NCBI GenBank assembly: GCA_964016885.1
Contig: OZ024740.1
Span: forward strand, 406,038,001-406,102,000
Reading direction: 5' to 3'
DNA from: Eledone cirrhosa
Taxonomy: Eukaryota
Length of the DNA: 64,000 nt
Shown: piece after piece, positions 54,501-62,100 of the stretch
How positions within the stretch are numbered: the first letter of the stretch is position 1
Layout of the letters: every line of letters begins with the position of its first letter
Notes under the pieces: generated by a model
The model's database searches: none
Seen by the model: the letters and a program-made list of their open reading frames with translations, nothing else
What the model was told of the DNA's origin: nothing
Program-made: the position numbers and the translations under genes

Positions 54501-57500
54501 TAGAGTTGGTGTTAATGGTGTTAGAGTTGGTGTTAATGATGTTAGAGTTGGTGTTAATGGTGTTAGAGTTGGTGTTAATGGTGTTAGAGTTGGTGTTAAT
54601 GGTGTTATAGTTGGTGTTAATGGTGTTAGAGTTGGTCTTTAATGGTGGTAGATTTGGTGTTAATATTGGTAGAGTTGGTCTTTAATGGTGGTAGAGTTGG
54701 TGTTAATGGTGGTAGAGTTGGTGTTAATGGTGTTAGAGTTGGTGTTAATGGTGTTAGAGTTGGTGTTAATAGTGTTAGAGTTGGTGTTAATGGTGGTAGA
54801 GTTGGTCTTTAATGGTGGTAGAGTTGGTGTTAATGGTGGTAGAGTTGGGGTTAATGGTGTTAGAGTTGGTGTTAATGGTGTTAGAGTTGATGTTAATGGT
54901 GGTAGAGATGGTGTTAATGGTGGTAGAGTTGGTGTTAATGGTGGTAGAGTTGGTGTTAATGGTGGTAGAGTTGGTGTTAATGGTGGAAGTGTTGGTGTTA
55001 ATTGTGTTGGAGTTGGTGTTAATGGTGTTAGAGTTGGTGTTAATGGTGGTAGAGTTGGTGTTAATATTGGTAGAGTTGGTGTTAATGGTGGTAGAGTTGG
55101 TGTTAATGGTGTTATAGTTGGTGTTAATGGTGTTAGAGTTGGTTTTAATGGTGGTAGAGTTGGGGTTAATGGTGTTAGAGTTGGTCTTTAATGTTGGTAG
55201 AGTTGGTGTTAATGGTGTTAGAGTTGGTGTTAATGGTGCTAGAGTTGGTGTTAATGGTGGTAGAGTTTGTGTTAATGGTGGTAGAGTTGGTCTTTAATGG
55301 TGGTAGAGTTGGTGTTAATGGTGGTAGAGTTGGTGTTAATGGTGGTAGAGTTGGTGTTAAAGGTGTTAGAGTTGGTGTTAATGGTGTTAGAGTTGGGTTT
55401 TAATGGTGGTAGAGTTGGTGTTAATGGTGGTAGAGTCGGTGTTAATGGTGTTAGCGGTGGTGTTAATGGTGGTAGAGTTGGTGTTAATGGTGTTAGAGTT
55501 GGTGTTAATGGTGGTAGAGTTGCTGTTAATGGTGTTAGAGTTGGTCTTTAATGATTGTAGTGTTGGTGTTAATGGTGTTAGAGTTGGTGTTAATGGTGGT
55601 AGAGTTGGTGTTAATGGTGGTAGAGTTGGTATTAATGGTGGTAGAGTTGGTGTTAATTGTGGTCGAATTGGTGTTAATGGTTATTAGAGTTGGTGTTAGA
55701 GTTGGTGTTAATTGTGGTAGAGTTGGTGTTAATCGTGGTAGAGTTGGTGTTAATGGTGTCAGAGTTGCTGTTAATCGTGGTAGAGTTGCTGTTAATGGTG
55801 TTAGAGTTGGTCTTTAATGGCGGTAGAGCTGGTGTTAATGGTGTTAGAGTTGGTGTTAATGGTGATAGAGTTGATATTAATGTTGGTAGAGTTGGTGTTA
55901 ATGGTGTTAGAGTTGGTGTTAATGGTGGTAGAGTTGGTTTTAATGGTGTTAAAGTTGGTCTTTAATGGTGGTAGAGTTGGTGATAATGGTGTTAGAGTCG
56001 ATGGTAATGGTGTTAGAATTGGAGTTAATGGTGTTAGAGTTGGTGTTAATGGTGTTAATGGTGGTAGAGTTGGTGTTAATGGTGTTAGAGTTGGTGTTAA
56101 TAGTGGTAGAGTTGGCGTTAATGGTGTTAGAGTTGGTGTTAATGGTGTTAGAGTTGGTGTTAATGGTGTTAGAGTTGGTGTTAATGGTGGTAGAGTTGGT
56201 CTTTAATGGTGGTAGAGTTGGTCTTTAATGGTGGTAGAGTTGGTGTTAATGGTGTTAGAGTTGGTGTTATAGTGTTAGAGTTGGAGTTAATGGTGGTAGA
56301 GTTGGTGTTAATTGTGGTAGAGTTGGTGTTAATGGTGGTAGAGTTGCTATTAATTGTGTTAGAGTTGGTGTTAATAGAGTTAGAGTTGGTGTTAATGGTG
56401 GTAGAGTTGGTGTTAATGGTGGTAGAGTTGGTGTCAAAGGTGTTATAGTTGGTGTTAATGGTGTTAGAGTTGGTCTTTAATGGTGGTAGATTTGGTGTTA
56501 ATATTGGTAGAGTTGGTCTTTAATGGTGGTAGAGTTGGTGTTAATGGTGGTAGAGTTGGTTTTAATGGTGTTAGAGTTGGTGTTAATGGTGTTAGAGTTG
56601 GTTTTAATGGTGTTAGAGTTGATGTTAATGGTGGTAGAGATGGTGTTAATGGTGGTAGAGTTGGTGTTAATGGTGGTAGAGTTGGTGTTAATGGTGGTAG
56701 AGTTGGTGTTAATGGTGGAAGAGTTGGTGTTAATTGTGTTAGAGTTGGTGTTAATGGTGTTAGAGTTGGTGTTAATGGTGGTAGAGTTGGTGTTAATATT
56801 GGTAGAGTTGGTGTTAATGGTGGTAGAGTTGGTGTTAATGGTGGTAGAGTTGGTTTTAATGGTGTTAAAGTTGGTCTTTAATGGTGGTAGAGTTGGTGTT
56901 AATGGTGTTAGAATTGGTGTTAATGGTGTTAGAGTTGGTGTTAATGGTGGTAGAGTTGGTGTTAATGGTGGTAGAGTTGGTGTTAATGGTGGTAGTGTTG
57001 GTGTTAATGGTGGTAGAGTTGGTCTTTAAGGGTGGTAGAGCTGGTGTTAATGGTGGTAGAGTTGCTGTTAATGGTGTTAGAGTTGGTGTTAATGGTGGTA
57101 GAGTTGGTGTTAATGTTGGTAGAGTTGGTGTTAATGGTGGTAGTGTTGGTGTTAATGGTGGTAGAGTTGGTCTTTAAGGGTGGTAGAGTTGGTGTTAATG
57201 GTGGTAGAGTTGGTGTTAATGGTGTTATAGTTGGTCTTTAATGGCGGTAGAGCTGGTGTTAATGGTGTTAGAGTTGGTGTTAATGGTGTTAGAGTTGATA
57301 TTAATGTTGGTAGAGTTGGTGTTAATGGTGTTAGAGTTGGTGTTAATGGTGGTAGAGTTGGTTTTAATGGTGTTAAAGTTGGTCTTTAATGGTGGTAGAG
57401 TTGGTAATAATGGTGTTAGAGTCGATGTTAATGGTGTTAGAATTGGAGTTAATGGTGTTAGAGTTGGTGTTAATGGTGTTAATGGTGGTAGAGTTGCTGT

Positions 57501-59149
57501 TAATGGTGTTAGAGTTGGTCTTTAATGGTGGTAGAGTTGGTGTTAATGGTGTTAGAGTTGGTGTTAATAGTGGTAGAGTTGGCGTTAATGGTGTTAGAGT
57601 TGGTGTTAATGGTGTTAGAGTTGGTGTTAATGGTGTTAGAGTTGGCAGAGTTGATGTTAATGGTGGTAGAGTTGGTGTTAATGGTGGTAGAGTTGGTCTT
57701 TAATGGTGGTAGAGTTGGTCTTTAATGGTGGTAGAGTTGGTGTTAATGGTGTTAGAGTTGGTGTTATAGTGTTAGAGTTGGTTTTAATGGTGTTAGAGTT
57801 GATGTTAATGGTGGTAGAGATGGTGTTAATGGTGGTAGAGTTGGTGTTAATGGTGGTAGAGTTGGTGTTAATGGTGGTAGAGTTGGTGTTAATGGTGGAA
57901 GAGTTGGTGTTAATTGTGTTAGAGTTGGTGTTAATGGTGTTAGAGTTGGTGTTAATGGTGGTAGAGTTGGTGTTAATATTGGTAGAGTTGGTGTTAATGG
58001 TGGTAGAGTTGGTGTTAATGGTTGTAGAGTTGGTTTTAATGGTGTTAAAGTTGGTCTTTAATGGTGGTAGAGTTGGTGTTAATGGTGTTAGAATTGGCGT
58101 TAATGGTGTTAGAGTTGGTGTTAATGGTGGTAGAGTTGGTTTTAATGGTGTTAGAGTTGGTCTTTATTGGTGGTAGAGTTGGTTTTAATGATGTTAGAGT
58201 TGGTGTTAATGGTGGTAGAGTTGGTGTTAATGGTGGTAGTGTTGGTGTTAATGGTGGTAGAGTCGGTGTTAATGGTGGTAGTGTTGGTGTTAATGGTGGT
58301 AGAGTTGGTCTTTAAGGGTGGTAGAGCTGGTGTTAATGGTGGTAGAGTTGCTGTTAATGGTGTTAGAGTTGGTGTTAATGGTGTTAGAGTTGGCGGAGTT
58401 GGTGTTAATGGTGGTAGAGTTGGTGTTAATGGTGGTAGAGTTGGTGTTAATGGTGGTAGTGTTGGTGTTAATGGTGGTAGAGTTGGTCTTTAAGGGTTGT
58501 AGAGTTGGTGTTAATGGTGGTAGAGTTGCTGTTAATGGTGGTAGAGTTGGTCTTTAAGGGTGGTAGAGTTGGTGTTAATGGTGGTAGAGTTGCTGTTAAT
58601 GGTGTTAGAGTTGGTCTTTAATGGTGGCAGAGTTGCTGTTAATTGTGGTAGAGTTGGTGTTAATGGTGGTAAGTTGGTGTTAATGGTGTTAGAGTTGGTG
58701 TTAATGGTGGTAGTGTTGGTGTTAATGTTGGAAGAGTTGGTGTTAATGATGTTAGAGTTGGTGTTAATGGTGGTAGAGTTGGTGTTAATGGTGGTAGAGT
58801 TGGAGTTAATGGTGTTAGAGTCGGTGTTAATGGTGTTAGAGTTGGTGTTAATGGTGGTGGAGTTGGTGTTAATGTTGGTAGAGTTGGTGTTAATGGTGGT
58901 AGAGTGGGTATTAATGGTGTTAGAGTTGGTGTTAATGGTGGTAGAGTTGGTGTTAATGGTGGTAGAGTTGGTGTTAATGGTGGTAGAGTTGCTGTTAATG
59001 GTGGTAGAGTTGCTCTTTAATGATGGTAGAGTTGGTGTTAATGGTGGTAGAGTTGGTGTTAATGGTGGTAGAGTTGGTCTTTAAGGGTGGTAGAGTTGGT
59101 GTTAATGGTGGTAGAGTTGGTATTAATGGTGGTAGAGTTGGTCTTTAAG

Positions 59150-62100
59150 GGTGGTAGAGTTGGTGTTTATGGTGTTAGAGTTGGTGTTAATGGTGTTAGA
59201 GTTGGTGTTAATGGTGGTAGAGTTGGTCTTTAATGGTGGTAGAGTTGGTGTTAATGGTGGTAGAGTTGGTGTTAGAGTTTGTGTTAATGGTGGTAGAGTT
59301 GGTGTTAGAGTTGGTGTTAATGGTGGTAGAGTTGGTGTTAATGGTCTTAGAGTTGGTGTTAGAGTTTGTGTTAATGGTGTTAGAGTTGGTGTTAATGGTG
59401 GTAGAGTTGGTCTTTAATGGTGGTAGAGTTGGTGTTAATGGTGGTAGAGTTGGTGTTAGAGTTTGTGTTAATGGTGGTAGAGTTGTTGTTAGAGTTGGTG
59501 TTAATGGTGGTAGAGTTGGTGTTAATGGTGTTAGAGTTGGTGTTAGAGTTTGTGTTAATGGTGTTAGAGTTGGTGTTAATGGTGGTAGAGTTGGTCTTTA
59601 ATGGTGGTAGAGTTGGTATTAATGGTGGTAGAGTTGGTGTTAATGGTGGTAGAGTTGGTGCTAATGGTGTTAGAGTTGGTCTTTAATGGTGGTAGAGCTG
59701 GTGTTAATGGTGGTAGAGTTGGTGTTAATGGTGGTAGAGTTGGTCTTAATGGTGTTAGAGTTGGTGTTAATGGTGGTAGAGTTGGTGTTAATGGTGGTAG
59801 AGTTGGTGTTAATGGTGGTAGAGTTGGTGTTAATGGTGGTAGAGTTGGTGTTAATGGTGGAAAAGTTGGTGTTAATTGTGTTAGAGTTGGTGTTAATGGT
59901 GTTAGAGTTGGTGTTAATGCTGGTAGAGTTGGTGTTAATATTGGTAGTGTTGGTGTTAATGGTGGTAGAGTTGGTGTTAATGGTGGTAGTGTTGGTGTTA
60001 ATGGTGGTAGAGTTGGTCTTTAAGGGTGGTAGAGCCGGTGTTAATGGTGGTAGAGTTGCTGTTAATGGTGTTAGAGTTGGTGTTAATGGTGTTAGAGTTG
60101 GCGGAGTTGGTGTTAATGGTGGTAGAGTTGGTGTTAATGGTGGTAGAGTTGGTTTTAATGGTGTTAAAGTTGGTCTTTAATGGTGGTAGAGTTGGTGTTA
60201 ATGGTGTTAATGGTGTTAGAGTTGGTGTTAATGGTGGTAGAGTTGGTGTTAATGGTGGTAGAGTTGGTTTTAATGGTGTTAGAGTTGGTCTTTATTGGTG
60301 GTAGAGTTGGTGTTAATGATGTTAGAGTTGGTGTTAATGGTGGTAGAGTTGGTGTTAATGGTGGTAGTGTTGGTGTTAATGGTGGTAGAGTTGGTGTTAA
60401 TGGTGGTAGTGTTGGTGTTAATGGTGGTAGAGTTGGTCTTTAAGGGTGGTAGAGCTGGTGTTAATGGTGGTAGAGTTGCTGTTAATGGTGTTAGAGTTGG
60501 TGTTAATGGTGTTAGAGTTGGCGGAGTTGGTGTTAATGGTGGTAGAGTTGGTGTTAATGGTGGTAGAGTTGGTGTTAATGGTGTTAGAGTTGGTCTTTAA
60601 TGGTGGTAGAGTTGGTCTTTAAGGGTGGTAGAGTTGGTGTTAATGGTGGTAGAGTTGCTGTTAATGGTGGTAGAGTTGGTCTTTAAGGGTGGCAGAGTTG
60701 GTGTTAATGGTGGTAGAGTTGCTGTTAATGGTGGTAGAGTTGGTCTTTAAGGGTGGTAGAGTTGGTGTAAATGGTGTTAGAGTTGGTGTTAATGGTGTTA
60801 GAGTTGGTGTTAATGGTCTTAGAGTTGGTGTTAATGGTGGTGGAGTTGGTGTTAATGGCGGAAGAGTTGGTGTTTATGGTGTTAGAGTTGGTGTTAATGG
60901 TGTTAGAGTTGGTGTTAATGGTGGTAGAGTTGGTCTTTAATGGTGGTAGAGTTGGTGTTAATGGTGGTAGAGTTGGTGTTAGAGTTTGTGTTAATGGTGG
61001 TAGAGTTGGTGTTAGAGTTGGTGTTAATGGTGGTAGAGTTGGTGTTAATGGTGTTAGAGTTTGTGTTAATGGTGTTAGAGTTGGTGTTAATGGTGGTAGA
61101 GTTGGTCTTTAATGGTGGTAGAGTTGGTATTAATGGTGGTAGAGTTGGTGTTAATGGTGGTAGAGTTGGTGCTAATGGTGTTAGAGTTGGTCTTTAATGG
61201 TGGTAGAGCTGGTGTTAATGGTGGTAGAGTTGGTGTTAATGGTGGTAGAGTTGGTGTTAATGGTGTTAATGGTGGTAGAGTTGGTGTTAATGGTGGTAGA
61301 GTTGGTGTTAATGGTGGTAGAGTTGGTGTTAATGGTGGTAGAGTTGGTGTTAATGGTGGAAGAGTTGGTGTTAATTGTGTTAGAGTTGGTGTTAATGGTG
61401 TTAAAGTTGGTCTTTAATGGTGGTAGAGTTGGTGTTAATGGTGTTAATGGTGTTAGAGTTGGTGTTAATGGTGGTAGAGTTGGTTTTAATGGTGTTAGAG
61501 TTGGTCTTTATTGGTGGTAGAGTTGGTGTTAATGATGTTAGAGTTGGTGTTAATGGTGGTAGAGTTGGTGTTAATGGTGTTAGAATTGGTGTTAATGGTG
61601 TTAGAGTTGGTGTTAATGGTGGTAGAGTTGGTGTTAATGGTGGTAGAGTTGGTTTTAATGGTGTTAGAGTTGGTCTTTATTGGTGGTAGAGTTGGTGTTA
61701 ATGATGTTAGAGTTGGTGTTAATGGTGGTAGAGTTGGTGTTAATGGTGTTAGAGTTGGTCTTTAATGGTGGTAGAGTTGGTCTTTAAGGGTGGTAGAGTT
61801 GGTGTTAATGGTGGTAGAGTTGCTGTTAATGGTGGTAGAGTTGGTCTTTAAGGGTGGCAGAGTTGGTGTTAATGGTGGTAGAGTTGCTGTTAATGGTGGT
61901 AGAGTTGGTCTTTAAGGGTGGTAGAGTTGGTGTTAATGGTGGTAGAGTTGGTGTTTATGGTGTTAGAGTTGGTGTTAATGGTGTTAGAGTTGGTGTTAAT
62001 GGTGGTAGAGTTGGTCTTTAATGGTGGTAGAGTTGGTGTTAATGGTGGTAGAGTTGGTGTTAGAGTTTGTGTTAATGGTGGTAGAGTTGGTGTTAGAGTT

